Part shown: in pieces, positions 13,670-26,815 of the stretch
Numbering within the stretch: the stretch's first letter is position 1
Layout of the letters: each line of letters begins with the position of its first letter
DNA from: Catajapyx aquilonaris
Lineage: Eukaryota
Length of the DNA stretch: 64,000 nucleotides
Direction of reading: 5' to 3'
Assembly (NCBI GenBank): GCA_000934665.2
Contig: KZ538253.1
Coordinates: forward strand, 1 to 64,000
The notes under the pieces: generated by a model
Told to the model about the DNA's origin: nothing
What the model saw: only the letters and a program-made list of their open reading frames with translations
The model's database searches: none
Program-made: the position numbers and the translations under genes

Positions 13670-16600
13670 GTATCGATAAAGGGGAACTTTGTATTTCCAC
13701 CAACATTACGACTGTGCCAATTGAATCTATTTTGTGAAGAATGAGCATGTGAATCCCAAAATACATCAAAGTCGTTCTTGGTGATGTGATTAAAAATTGA
13801 TGCCTAGTAACATATCTTGACATACAGTATATCTTAAATAAGTTAAGTGACAAGAAACTATTCACTAACTTAATATTATGCCACTTAAATTTTAAATATA
13901 GCTTATAAAAATCATTCGTGGATGATTTTAAGTAACTGAAAACTAAAACTGTTATCTTAGCAGCCCTATTTGTATTGTCTAAGTAAGCAGGACTGCTCTC
14001 TGCCCGACGTATAAAATTTTTGTACGCATACTTGCAAAGCATGCCATACTTCCCTTGCTAATCAAGTACAACTGCTATGTTATGCTTTGTGGCCATATTC
14101 AGCACTACTGCTATGTTCTTCTTTGTAGCCCAATTAAGTAACATGGCTATGTTACACTTTGGTAGACAAAAATGTCTAGATGGCTATGAGCCAAGTCATA
14201 TTTCGCTTGATCAGGAGCACCCAAAGAGCTGTTAATGTTTTGTTGCATTTTTTTACTTTATGATTATATAGAAGCTAACAGGTGCTCTTTGATTATATTG
14301 CTAATGAGAGTCAGAACCTAAGGGGCTCTCTTTATTTTCTAATGGTATGGTACTAAATTCGTGGTCATTACTCAGCATTGCTTTTTATCGGATTTTGGAA
14401 GTGTCCACTGCTGCTGGTGATTGCCACGATTGTACTCGTACTTTAACACTGCTTTCCAGTGTTATTATGCTTTTTTTTATGCGTGAATACGCACCCCAGG
14501 GACTTTGTATCCTGCATTTAATTTGCATTTGCATGATTTGTTCATTTTCAATTTTAGTCATCACCTGGGGCATCGTGAGAGCCATCAGATGGTCTGCTCA
14601 AAGTTATTCAGATTATCTTTTTTTCGCTATTTCTAATTGACATTGAGCAACTTTATGTGGAATGACATAAAATGCAGTCCTTCAGTCATACTGCCATTAC
14701 ACGGAGCACAGGCAATGATCACTGATATCAATTGCACAATACTGACGGTGACCCTGTGCTAATATAAGTCTTCCACAAGAATTTACTTTAATAAACCTTT
14801 TATGCATGGTAGTAAAATGCTTTCTGGCCTGTTTAAGTCACATGCATAATGATTTATAATAATACGAAAGTAGTCAGAATATTATGTGGATAGCTACTTA
14901 AGAATATTGAGCAATGAACAAAGTTGATTTGTTTATTGTACCCTGAATAATCAGGGGGAAAAATATTAAACTTCATAGCTGATAATTGCTAGATTGGTGA
15001 ATAAACAAGGACAATGGATAGTCCTGCATCAACTAGTGACGTTATGAATAAAAACTGGCAAAGTGCTAGCCAGTTTTGCTTCAGGTTATACTAACTTATT
15101 GAAATATCATTACATCACATAAGCGACATGTACTATTATCGTTCAGATGATTCCATATTATAATAATTATATGAATTTTGCAGCCAAGTGCTTCAATTAA
15201 TAGAGTGTCATGATGCAAGGTGAGCGCATAGCTCAGCCTTCCCTTTCCTGAGCGGATTTTCCCCCAATATTGTGCAAACTGATGTGTTTGACTGCGAGCT
15301 TATTCATTCATATTCATAACGCATGCTTCAAATACCAATCCAAACCTCCTGGCCTCAAGTAACTGATATTCTTGAACGTCCTTGCAGCAATCTCATTTCT
15401 TATGGAAAATCACTCTGAAAGTGCTGCATGTTTAGAGAAATAAAATATAGCATCATTGATGTCCAGTATATCTGATGGAATTTGCAAACATTTATTTAAA
15501 TTCACTTTTAACGGCCTCAACTCTGGCTAGTTGACTCAGTCATAGTGTGATTCAGATACTTTCTGCACATTGTTAGTGTTTAGCTAGAGATATTGAGGCC
15601 TTTCTTTGTTGTTTTTGCAAGTCCATCAACACCACTCTCGTCAGCATATATTTTCAGCAGTTCACATTTGGGTACCAAGTGGAAGGGAGTGGTGTATGCT
15701 GTTATCGTTACTATTTGCAAATATTCTTGCTGCATGACAATGCAACATGTCATAATAATTACGTAATACTGGATGCGCAAGCAGAAGTAATATGAGACCC
15801 TTTTCTCTTCTTGAGAGGAGGGTGTTGTATACATTTAATATGATTTTATCCTCCCTGCAAGTGGATCCCATAAAATGATTTGTCCTACTTGGGATCATCT
15901 TCATGGGCCAGTTATTACTTGCAATTTCGCTAGTGTTACTCATGCTGTTTGCACTTTCATAATACGTAGTTCGTCTTTACAGAGCGTTTTAGAAAAAATT
16001 CATTGTGAGGTGATGGGCATCAATTTTTAAACTAAATTTTATGTGCGTATTTCTTGTGGATTATTTTGGGGCTGGGCCACTGCAAGAGAACTCAGAACTG
16101 TAAAGGTAAAAAAAATCAACCAACATTTTCCCTTGGACTACCAAACATCCGCACATTTTTGGGTGGTAATGTTACATGGTTTTGGCCTATTTGCAGTGTC
16201 TGCAATATTTTTTTGTCAGCTTGGATCATCACATTGGAAAATGTACAACTAAGACGACTACTTTTTTAACGAGCATAATAAATTGTTCCCTATAAGCAAT
16301 AAATATTTTAAGCATGTAAGTTTTGCACTAGAATGGCTGTGAAACATGCTGTAGCAAACATGGCAATGAAAATGTGATTGACACATGAAACTAATAAATG
16401 GAAGTATTGAATTACACCTTATTAGTTGTGTGCAAGTTCTTAAATTTTCAGGCTTGAAGGAATGGGGCAGTGATCACAAGTCTGTCTGGAAATGTAGAAT
16501 TACAGGGGAGATAACTCATATTTTGCAGTGGCATTTCCACACTGTACAATTTTATAAGCACCAAGTACGCACATCTTAATAACATCATTATGCTTTTTGG

Positions 16601-17442
16601 AAATAAAACAAGCTCAATAAGCAGGTATACAGTACGGTACTCAGAAGTACATAAATATGCTTGGATTTTTGAACTCTTAAATATTTTAACAATACAGTAA
16701 GTTCACTGTAAATAACTAGTAAGATGACTTGCCTAGGTTTGTTGAATCCATTGTACTATTTCTTTTACTCTGCTGACAATAATTAATTGTGCATCAAGAG
16801 TGATATTGTAATTCAATATTGAAATACCTAGCTCCTATTAGGTCATGCTGGCAATGCAAAGGAAGGCTTGACCAAAACTGACAATCAAGTTGTTATATTC
16901 AGAAAGAACACTTGGAATAAAGCAATAATTGATTTACATGATCATTGCTACACCCAGAAGTCACTTCTTCAATACTTAGTGTAAGTCCTGCATAGTTACA
17001 TTAGTACTGTATGTAGCTTGTGTCTGTTGTGAATAATTATTGCATGAATTTACGTGATGGACCCATTGCAATAATGACATGCTGTTAATCATTTTTGGCA
17101 GCCAGATGGACTACTAAAAGGAAGTGGCTGTGATGTCATCATGTAGAATGTGATTGTTTCATGTTACCTTTGCTTTAAGGAGGAAAAACGTGCACTTTCA
17201 TATTTTGTCATTGGAGGTGTCAGGTCTCAGGACAATACGTATATTGTGAAGGTAAACTATCCGAAAATATCGGTATATGTTGCATGCACATAGCACTTAA
17301 AATTATTGCTCTGTGCCATGACCTGAGCATGTCACATGGCCAGCACAATATGCAACACATGTTGGGATTGTTGCATAATTCACTTTGCACAAGGGATAAG
17401 CAATTAGAAATTTTATGACTTCATATGCCCGCATGCTTTTAA

Positions 17443-18228
17443 CCACTTGAGCTCCAGCTACACCCGCCATAATTTCCAAAAATATCGCTGTAAAACTCGA
17501 AATTCGAGTAGGCGTACGTGCGGCCAACAACGTGGCTGATTTACTTATGAAATACGTTAAAATACACGGAATAAGATAATTGAGAATAGTGCTAGACGAA
17601 TTTGATGAAATCGTCGTACTTTGGGAGAAATAAATTATTTCTTATCTGAGGCTTTCCTGTTACTTCGGTAATCTCCCAAATTCATTTATTTTTCGCGAAG
17701 TGCGACGATTTCAGCAATTTCGTCTGGCAAGGTTGCCAATGTTAATATTCCGTATATTTTAATGTATTTCATAATTAAATCAGCCTGACAGTTGGCCGGC
17801 GATTCACGAATTTCGAGTTTTTTTTTACAGTGATCATTTTGGAAATATTTAATTTAGGAACTTCTGGAGGAGGAAAATTGTTCCAAACACATTCATAGCA
17901 TTTTCAAGGAACATGTAAGTAGTATAGCGGTTTTTATTTGGTAAAAAGTATTGTACTTATCTTCTGAGTATGATTGTGTAAAGGCAAATCTAGGCGGTGC
18001 GGTGGCCTAACGGTTGGCCAGTAGTAATTGAATTTCTAGTTATTACTTTTGAAAATTAATTTAGGGACTTCTAGAAGATGAAACTGGTTCCAAACACATA
18101 CATAGCGTACAGCATGAACGTGTAGGTCGTTATTGGTAAAATATCTTATTTTTCATCTTCAGATTATACATATAAGTTTAACAGAAACGAAAATTTATGC
18201 GATGGCGGTATCGCTGGGGTTCAAGGTG
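17443..18228. mobile_element. Non-autonomous piggyBac-like element upstream of GR-A1
   Basis: Flanked by TTAA on both sides, with TIR CCACTTGAGCTCCAGCTA..CGCC / GGCGGTATCGCTGGGGTTCAAGGTG. The empty site GCATGCTTTTAAAAGATTGA is seen upstream of A5, A6 and A7. Confidence 0.8.
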
Positions 18229-18540
18229 TTAAAAGATTGATCAGTGTCTCTTTGGTCTCTAAGGAGCTTGGATGCATGCTATGCTATGAAAGAGTACATA
18301 ATAACAGGAACAAAAGAGGCAACCCCCCCACAAGTAGACTCTATTATACATTACGATTAAAATATGTATGCGGCGTCGGAATTGTATAAGGCTAATTATT
18401 ATTACCAGGCTCGCAATGCTGTGAATGGGAAGATGTGCATTAGTGACTCATTATTCGACCCTTAAAGGCGATATATTGTGTCCGCCGTTAAAATGTCACG
18501 TGGACAATGTATCAGAGGCTACGATTTTCGTCGGACACAA

Positions 18541-20089
18541 ATGGACATCCGCCAATTGGACATGGGTACTGGGACGTGGCTGCGGGACAAGTCACATCTG
18601 GACATGAAAAAGTCTGAACCTGGAAGACATGTGCCACCTGTTTTTCAGGTAAGTTCGTTGCTTCAGTTATTTACAAATACATGCTAAAAATTTACATGAA
18701 ATGGTGTTCCATTAGTCAAAAGAATTGTTTGGCAGGTGAGCCCATATCATCATGACCAGTCTGAACCACCTGTGCACCATGGAAATCGCTCCGATGACTG
18801 CATCATGTCAGCATTGTCTCCCATAATACGTCTGTCTGCCCTATTGTGCATTTTCCCCATACAAATCGACAAGAACAACAGATTGGTTCTGTGCTGGAAA
18901 TCTGGAAGGACCTACATCTCCATTCTGTTGGTACTTGTGGCAGTGTTCCATGCTGGACTCCAGATATGGACTGCCGTCAACCAGGTTGGGTCTAATGCGC
19001 ATACCTGGGATATTGCAGCAGTGTTGCCCTGGATACTTGGTGAATCATCGGTCTTGGCATGCTGGATGTTCATTGCTTTCAAGAACAGAGGCATCAATGA
19101 GATGCTGGATAAAATATACTCTTACAACACAAGGAACAGGCAGAGAGCTAATATTCCCAGAAGCTTCCTTCGCGGAACATATGCTCTCTATGGGACTCTG
19201 ACATTAATGGGCACTGTAGGAGTAGCCTGTAACTACTGGGACACTCCAACAAACCATGTCTTCTGGCCCAGTCTTTTCCCTGGGAAGGAAAACCTGACGT
19301 TCATTCCAGGACTGGTTTTTTACGTGTGGCGATGCATAACTTTGATGATCAGCTTTGGGATGCTGCTGATATCCATGGCTGTCGTGGCTAAGAAAATCGA
19401 CATGGAGTTTCAGGCACTGAATCAGCGGATACGTGATCTTCTGGTGACATACTCCACGGACAGAGGTGCTCTTCCTCTTGTCCCAGCCGGACAACCTCAA
19501 AAGGTCGTGGACAAAACCGATATTTTTTTCAAGTAAGTTGTAAAACGCTGACAAAATTTTGTCTGTCATTATAGAACTACTTGCATTATTTTACAGCAGG
19601 AAGTACCAGGGTGACTGGTATGTTGACGACTTTTTGCTTGATGGTTTGAACCAGCACCATCAGCTTCAAGAGGTGACCCACCATATGAGCCAGACCTTCG
19701 GCTACATCCTATTCTACACCCTGGGCCTGTCCTTGTCCGTCATTACTCTCTTCTCGTACATGGCTTACGTAACCGTCCGCAACTCCACCAGCTCATCGTG
19801 GCCACTCTTCGTATTAAACTCAGTCAACTACATCGCACAGTTTACCTTCCTGGTGCCTGTCTTTCACAGCGTGCATCGCTCTGCCTCCGAGCTTGGAAAC
19901 CTTTTCCAGGACGTGCTGGGCTCACTGCATCCAGTGACTCTCCTGAGGGTCACGTACTTCCTGCAGAACCTCCAGGTCAATCCTGTAGGAGTCTCGGCAG
20001 GAGGGTTCTTTATCATCACGCTCTCCACAATGCTCACCTTCTGGGCGACTGTTGTCACGTACCTTATAGTCATGTTTCAGAGCTCATAA
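18541..20089 (+). CDS. Gustatory receptor GR-A1, about 464 aa; exons 18541-18648, 18736-19532, 19600-20089
   Basis: Multiple hydrophobic segments and the GR C-terminal signature VSAGGFFIITLSTMLTFWATVVTYLIVMFQ. Introns are GT-AG and in frame. An in-frame upstream ATG lies at 18493. Confidence 0.88.
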
Positions 20090-20566
20090 CTTAATAACTT
20101 ATCTGACCACAACATTGGGCATAACAATAATTATTGACCACAATCATATTTTATTGCATCGAGGTGGAAATTATAATGAGTAAACACAAGTATCGCCGTG
20201 TGGGGGAGCTTTTCCCATACATGAAGAATAAGAAGACCTTGCGACACTTCTTGTGCTTATCCATTAATTTCTTACCACTGCACTCGTATAAGTTCCAGCA
20301 ATGTTTTTAGAGGAATGACGAAGTTGATTTTGCTCGTGAAAATATGCTCTTCACTTCAGTAATAAATGAGTGTAATGTACACAGTAGGCTTCAGCACTTT
20401 CTCAAATTATTCAAATCCAATAGCTCTGACCTTATAACGACAAGTAATCTGGAATATTGATATAAATGAAGACCAACCAGCTAACACTAGACCACATGCA
20501 GCAATATATGAGAGAGTTATGCCAATAATAATTCATGGCATTTGCGAGTCTTGTCTGGACCTACCC

Positions 20567-20894
20567 CAGGGGCGGATCCGGGGGGGAGGGCTCACGGGGG
20601 TCATGACCCCCCCCCCAAACCATGGGAAGTGAAATATTTTCTAAATTTTAATCTGTACACATAATATATTTTTGGCACTTTTGTATGATAATTGGAAAAA
20701 GTGCTACCAATTTCATCAAATACTGTACCCACCCATTCAAATCTCCCACATTCACCTAAGCTCCTGTGACCTTGAACCCCCCCCCCATTCCCACCCTCCC
20801 CCCACCCTCCCCTCCCTCCTCTTCCTCTCTCCCTCGCNGACGGCGTGACCCCCCCCCCCCCGCCCCCCCCATCGAAAGTCTGGATCCGCCCCTG
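20567..20894. mobile_element. hAT-type MITE
   Basis: 13-bp TIR CAGGGGCGGATCC / GGATCCGCCCCTG and 8-bp TSD ACCTACCC. The empty site is seen downstream of A6 (~50021). Confidence 0.88.
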
Positions 20895-21376
20895 ACCTAC
20901 CCATACCCAAGCAACAATATCCTCGTGTACATAAAATAGAACTGGACGTCGCGAAATGTATTTGTGCACTTCAAGGACTGTCTTCCTTTTGATGGATTCA
21001 CTTAACCCGCGCCCCTCGAGCTGTCATTTCTGGGCGTGGTGAATAACTCTAACGCCCGTTTGTCATAGCCTTTCATTGTCCAAAAGCGTTGGCGTGTGCA
21101 GCGTACCTTACCTTCAGAAAAATGTAAAAGGAAAGCAGCGTGGAACATATGTCAATGTATACTTCTGCCAAATGCCACATATTTACTTAGAACCTGTCAA
21201 AATGATGCATTGTCGATGGCACCATGGGTAGCCTACCACAATAATAATCAATAAACATCCTGATGTCATCATATGTCCAGGTAATAATATTAAATATTTA
21301 CATCATTACATGACATCAATATTTAATATTATTACCTGTAAATTTTACAGACTACTGTACCAGTTATTTGTAAAAC

Positions 21377-21712
21377 TGGGAAGGCGGAGTGGCGCTGCGG
21401 TAACGTATGCGCCCACGGATGTTATTGTGCCCGGGTTCGATCCCAGCCCGGGTCTCCCTCCCCTTCATCTCGTGCAGAGTTCATGAGTCGTCTCTGGCTT
21501 CGTCTTGGGTGGAATCTCCAACAGACTAATCCACCCGCGGCAGGTCACATAATGTACCACTATTGAGACATTGCACTTGTACTTTGCACATCCCCTCCCA
21601 GTCACCTTGCCCGTGGGCCCGAGCGCTTCGCTCAAGGTTCCGAAAAACTGTATACGGACATAATAAATCAAGGTCCGTGCTATACACCTCGCAGAGGTCA
21701 AGAACTACCCGG

Positions 21713-21797
<85 letters not shown>

Positions 21798-21803
21798 TAT
21801 GAT
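21377..21803 (+). mobile_element. tRNA-derived SINE (family 3) with (ATT)n tail
   Basis: A-box-like TGGCGCTGCGG, B-box GGTTCGATCCC, long ATT tail and 13-bp TSD TTATTTGTAAAAC. Confidence 0.85.
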
Positions 21804-22994
21804 TATTTGTAAAACGAAATCGCATGAGTTTCATGTGATTTCATAAGCTTCTTATTGTTGCACATTTAATATGATTTTATCCTTCCTGCAAGTGGATCCC
21901 ATAAAATGATTTGTCTTACATGGGATCATCTTCATGGGCCAGTTATTACTTGCAATTTCGCTAGTGTTACTCATGCTGTTCGCACTTTCATAATAGTTGG
22001 TCTTTACAGAGTGTTTTAGAAAAAATTCATTGTAAGGTGATGGGCATCAATTTTTAAACTAAATTTTATGTGCGCATTTCTTGTGGATTATTTTGGGGCT
22101 GGGGCACTGCAAGAGAACTGTAAAGGTAAAAAAAATCAACCAACATATTTCCTTGCACTGCCAAACATCCACACATTTTTGGGTGGTAGGCCTAATGTTA
22201 CATGGTTTTGGCCTATTTGCAGTGTCTGCAATATTTTTTTGCCAGGTTGGATCATCACATTGGAAAATGTACAACTAACACGACTACTTTTTTTAAACAG
22301 CATAATAAATTGTTCCCTACAAGCAATAAATATTTTAGGTATGTATGTTTTGCACTATAATGGCTGTGAAACATACTGTACCCAACATGGCAATGAAAAT
22401 GTGATTGACAAATGAAACTAATAAATGAAGGTATTGAATGTTACACCTTATTAGTTATGTGCAAGTTATTAAATTTTCAATCTAGAAGGAATGGGGCAGT
22501 GACCACAAGTCTGTCTGGAAATGTAGAATTACAGGGGAGATAACTCACATTTTGCAATGGCATTTCCACATTGTACCATTTTATAAGCACCAAGTACGCA
22601 CATCTTAATAACATCATTATGGGTTTTGGAAATAAAACAAGCTCAATGAGCAGGTAGCCTACATACTCAGAAGTAGGCTACATAATTATATGGTTGTGCT
22701 TGGATTTGATCTCTTAAATATTTTAGCAATATAGTAAGTTAACTGTAAATAAAAATAACTAGTACGATGAGTTGCCTATAGGTTTGTTGAATCCATTGTA
22801 CCATTTCTTTTACTCTGCTGACAACAATTAATTGTGCATCAAGAGTGATATTGGAATTCAATATTGAAATACATACTGTAGCTCCTATTAGGTCATGCTT
22901 GCAATGTAAAGGAAGGCGTGACCAAAACTGACAATCAACTTGTTATATTCAGAAAGAACACTTGGAATCAAGCAATAATTTTATTACATGACAA

Positions 22995-23074
22995 TAGAAG
23001 GGTTCGGGAGTAAACACTGGTAAGGGTAAGGGTGTTACATGTCCCTTACCATTGTTTACTCCCGAGCCCTTCTA
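22995..23074. mobile_element. 80-bp fold-back element (mini-MITE)
   Basis: TAGAAGGGTTCGGGAGTAAACACTGGTAAGGG ... CCCTTACCATTGTTTACTCCCGAGCCCTTCTA. It is absent at the paralogous sites (~32770, ~47280). Confidence 0.75.
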
Positions 23075-23598
23075 ATTGCTCGGCCGAAGTAACTTCTGGA
23101 ATACGTAGTGTAAGTCTTGCATAGTTTCATTAGCACGCAGCCTGTGTCTGTCTTGAACTATTGCATGGATTGCAGTCATTACGTGATAGACCTATTGCAA
23201 TAATGACATGTTGTTAATCATTTTGGGCAGCCAGATGGACTACTAAAAAGCAGTGAGTATGATGAGGACTGTGATTGTTTCATGTTCCCTTTGCTTTAAG
23301 GAGGAAACACGTGCACTTTCATATTTTGTCATTTGAGGTGTCAGCTAGGACTCAGGAGTCCTTGACATTATTTTGTCCTGAGTCAGGACAATACGTATAT
23401 TGTGAAGATAAACTATCCGAAAATATCGGTATATGTTGCATGCACATAGCACTTAAAATTATTGCTCTGTGGCATGACACGAGGATGTCACATGGCCAGC
23501 ACAATATGCAACACATGTTGCATAACTAACTTTGCACATTATGTCTGGGGATATAATTAGAAATTTAATGACTTCATAATATGCCCGCATGCTTCTAA

Positions 23599-24346
23599 CC
23601 CCATGAGCTCCAGCTATACCTGCCATCGCCTAGTTTTCCGCTTACGAGAACTCTGAAGATACCGACAAGATATTTTACACAAAATAACAGCTATACTTAC
23701 CCGATCAGGGAAAACACTATGAAGGTGTCTGGAACAATTTTCCTCGTCTGGAAGTCACGAAATTAATTTCCAAAAATATCGCTGTAAAACTAGAAATTCG
23801 AGTACTTCCGGCCAACTACGTGGCTAATTTAATACGTTAAAATGCACGGAATGCACGGAATAAGAAAATTGAGAATAGTTGGGGAGGTGTAGATGGCCGA
23901 GATGGTAACGTCTCGGCTTGCTGAGTGAAAGGCCCCAGGTTCGATCCCCGCCTGGGGAACTTTCCTTCCACATGCGTCAGGAGGGTCTCTGACCTGCACC
24001 AAGGAGGTGTCTGGCAACCTAACCTCCTGGGGAACAGCACATGACCCCTTTACCGACATTGCACTTGCACCCATGTTCCCTCCCCAAAAATCCCTATATC
24101 CTTACCTCATGTCCTTTCATCCTTGCACCGGTGAATGAAGAAAAGTATAATATACAAAGAAAACTGATGGTGTGCCACCCCCCTAAAAAGGCTCCGCCTT
24201 ATCACGGGGTAACGTAAAAAAATGAAAAAAAAGAGGAAATTGAGAATAGTGCCAGACGAATTTGCTGAAATCGGCGTACTTTGCGAGAAATAAATTATTC
24301 CTTTCCTGCTGCTTTCCTGTTACTTCGGTCGCTGGGGTTCAGGGGG
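23599..24346. mobile_element. piggyBac-like element upstream of GR-A2 (internally deleted, carries a nested SINE)
   Basis: Same insertion site and termini as 17443-18228. Confidence 0.75.
23880..24236 (+). mobile_element. tRNA-derived SINE (family 2) nested in the piggyBac-like element
   Basis: A box TGGCCGAGATGG, B box GGTTCGATCCC, A-rich tail and TSD AAATTGAGAATAGT. Confidence 0.85.
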
Positions 24347-24700
24347 TTAAAAGATTGATCAGTGTCTCCTTGATTGGTCTCTAGGGAGCTTGGATGCATG
24401 CTATGCTATGGAAAGGCACGTAATACCAGGAACAAAAAAGACAATGCCCCACAAGTAGACTCTTTTATACATTACGATTAAAATATGTATGCGGCGTAGG
24501 CGTAGGAATTGTAATGCCAGTTATTACCAGGCTCGCAACGTGAGTGGACAAATGTGCACGAGTGACGCATTATTCGACCCTTTCGGCAGGTACATTAAAG
24601 ACGATATATTGTGTCCGTCGTCGTTAAAATGTCACGTGGACAATGGTTCAGAGGCGACGATAATTGATATCAGACACAAATAGGCATCCGCCAATTGGAC

Positions 24701-24824
24701 ATGGGCACTCGGACGTGGGTGCGGGACAAGTCACATCCGGACATGAAAAAGTCTCAACCTGGAAGACACGTGCCACCTGTTTTTCAGGTAAGTTCGTTGT
24801 CTCAGCTCCTCTCATATACATGCT

Positions 24825-24895
<71 letters not shown>

Positions 24896-26552
24896 TGCCC
24901 CATTGGGAGAATCGGCGCTCCATTAGGGGGGTGGAGTACCACCATTGGATGGGGCCAAGGATATAGAGAAGGAAGGAAGCAGATGTGGCCTATTATACGG
25001 AAACAACCCCGGAATTATCCTGGGGGAACCGTGGAAAACCACATAAAATCACAGTCAGGGTTGCCGGCCCCGGGATTCGAACCCAGGACCTCCCGATTTT
25101 AGCAGTCGGGCTCCTTAACCACTATGCCAACTTGCTTCGGATTTACAAATACATGTTAAAATTTGACATGAAATGGTGTTACATTAGTCAAAAAAATTGT
25201 TTCACAGGTGAGCCCATATCGTCATGACCGGTGGCAACATGTGAACCTAGGAAATAGCTCTGATGACTGCATCATCTCAGCATTGACTCCCATAATACGT
25301 CTGTCTGCCCTCTTGTGCACTTTCCCAATACAAATCGACAAGAACAACAGATTAGTTCTGTGCTGGAAATCTGGAAGGACCTACATCTCCATTCTGTTGG
25401 TACTTGTGGCCATGTTACATGCTGGATTCCAGCTATGGAATGCGGTCAACCAGGTTGGGTCCAATGCCCGTACCTGGGACATTGCAGCAGTGTTGCCCTG
25501 GATACTTGGCGAAATATCGGTCTCGACATTCTGGATGTTCATTGCTTTCAAGAGCAGAGGCATCAATGAGACCTTGGATAAAATGTACACTTATAACACA
25601 AGGAACAGGCAGAGAGCTAATATTCCCAGAAGCTTCCTTCGCGGAGCATATGCTCTTTATGGGACACTGACATTAATGGCCACTGCAGGAGTAGCCTATA
25701 ACTACTGGGACACTCCAACATATCATGTCTTCTGGCCCAGTCTTTTCCCGGGGAAAGAAAACCAGACGTTCATTCCAGGACTGGTTTTTTACGTGTGGCG
25801 ATCCATAACTATGATGATCAGCTTTGGGATGCTGCAGATATCCATGGCTGTCACGGCTAAGAAAATCGACATGGAGTTCCAGGCACTGAATCAGCGGATA
25901 CGTGATCTTCTGGTGACATACTCCACGGACAGAGGTGCTCTTCCTCTTATCACAGCCGGACAACCTCAAAAGGTCGGGGACAAAACCGATATTTTTTTCA
26001 AGTAAGTTGTAAAGTGTTGACAAAATTTTGTCTGTTATTATGGAACAACCTGCATTATTTTACAGGAAGCACCAGGGCGACTGGTATGTTGACGACTTTT
26101 TGCTTGATGGTTTGAACCAGCACCATCAGCTTCAAGAGGTGACCCACCACATGAGCCAGACCTTCGGCTACATCCTATTCTACACCCTGGGCCTGTCCTT
26201 GGCCGCCGTTACTCTCTTCTTGTACACGGCTTACGTAGCCGTCCGCAAATCCACCAGCTCGTGGCCACTCTTCTTATTCAACTCAGTCAGCTTCATCGCA
26301 CAGTTGACCTTCCTGGTGCCTGTCTTTCACAGCGTGCATAGCTCTGCCTCCGAGCTTGGAAACCTTTTCCAGGACGTGCTGGCCTCACTGCATCCAGTGA
26401 CTCTCCTGAGGGTCACGTACTTCCTGCAGAACCTCCAGGTCAATCCTGTAGGAGTCTCGGCAGGAGGGTTCTTTATCATCACGCTCTCCACAATGCTCAC
26501 CTTCTGGGCGACTGTTGTCACGTACCTTATAGTCATGTTTCAGAGCTCATAA
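24701..26552 (+). CDS. Gustatory receptor GR-A2, about 455 aa; exons 24701-24787, 25208-26001, 26066-26552
   Basis: Close paralog of A1, in frame from the third Met. The upstream starts are disrupted. Confidence 0.8.
24823..25140 (-). mobile_element. tRNA-derived SINE (family 1) in intron 1 of GR-A2 with (TAAA)n tail
   Basis: The reverse strand reads TTGGCATAGTGGTTAAGG..GACTGCTAA..GGGTTCGAATCCC. The (TTTA)n tract lies at 24823-24896. Confidence 0.85.
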
Positions 26553-26815
26553 TTTAATGACTTATCTGACCTCAGCATTGCGCATAACAGTCATTATTGG
26601 CCACCATGACATTTCATTGCATCGTGGTGGAAATTAATGAATAAGCACAAGTGTCGTCGCCTGGCGGACCTTTTCCTATACATGTAGAAAAAGATGACCC
26701 TGCGACACTTCTTGTGCTGCTTATCCATTAATTTCTACCATCACTGTACTCGTATAAGTTCCAAGAGGTTGACGAAGTTGATTTTGGTCATGAAAATATG
26801 CTCTTAAGTAATAAA

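Noticed and set aside
16043..16269. Similar short ORFs at 16.0, 22.1 and 46.4 kb
   Set aside because: They sit in duplicated spacer DNA with frameshifting indels between copies.
19533..19599. Apparent premature stop (TTC AAG TAA) splitting each GR-A into two ORFs
   Set aside because: The stop lies inside a GTAAGT splice donor, and the phase-2 intron restores the frame in all seven copies.
21526..21834. Poly-Ile ORFs here and at 34293-34709, and LFIY-repeat ORFs at 24664-25102
   Set aside because: They are translations of SINE microsatellite tails.
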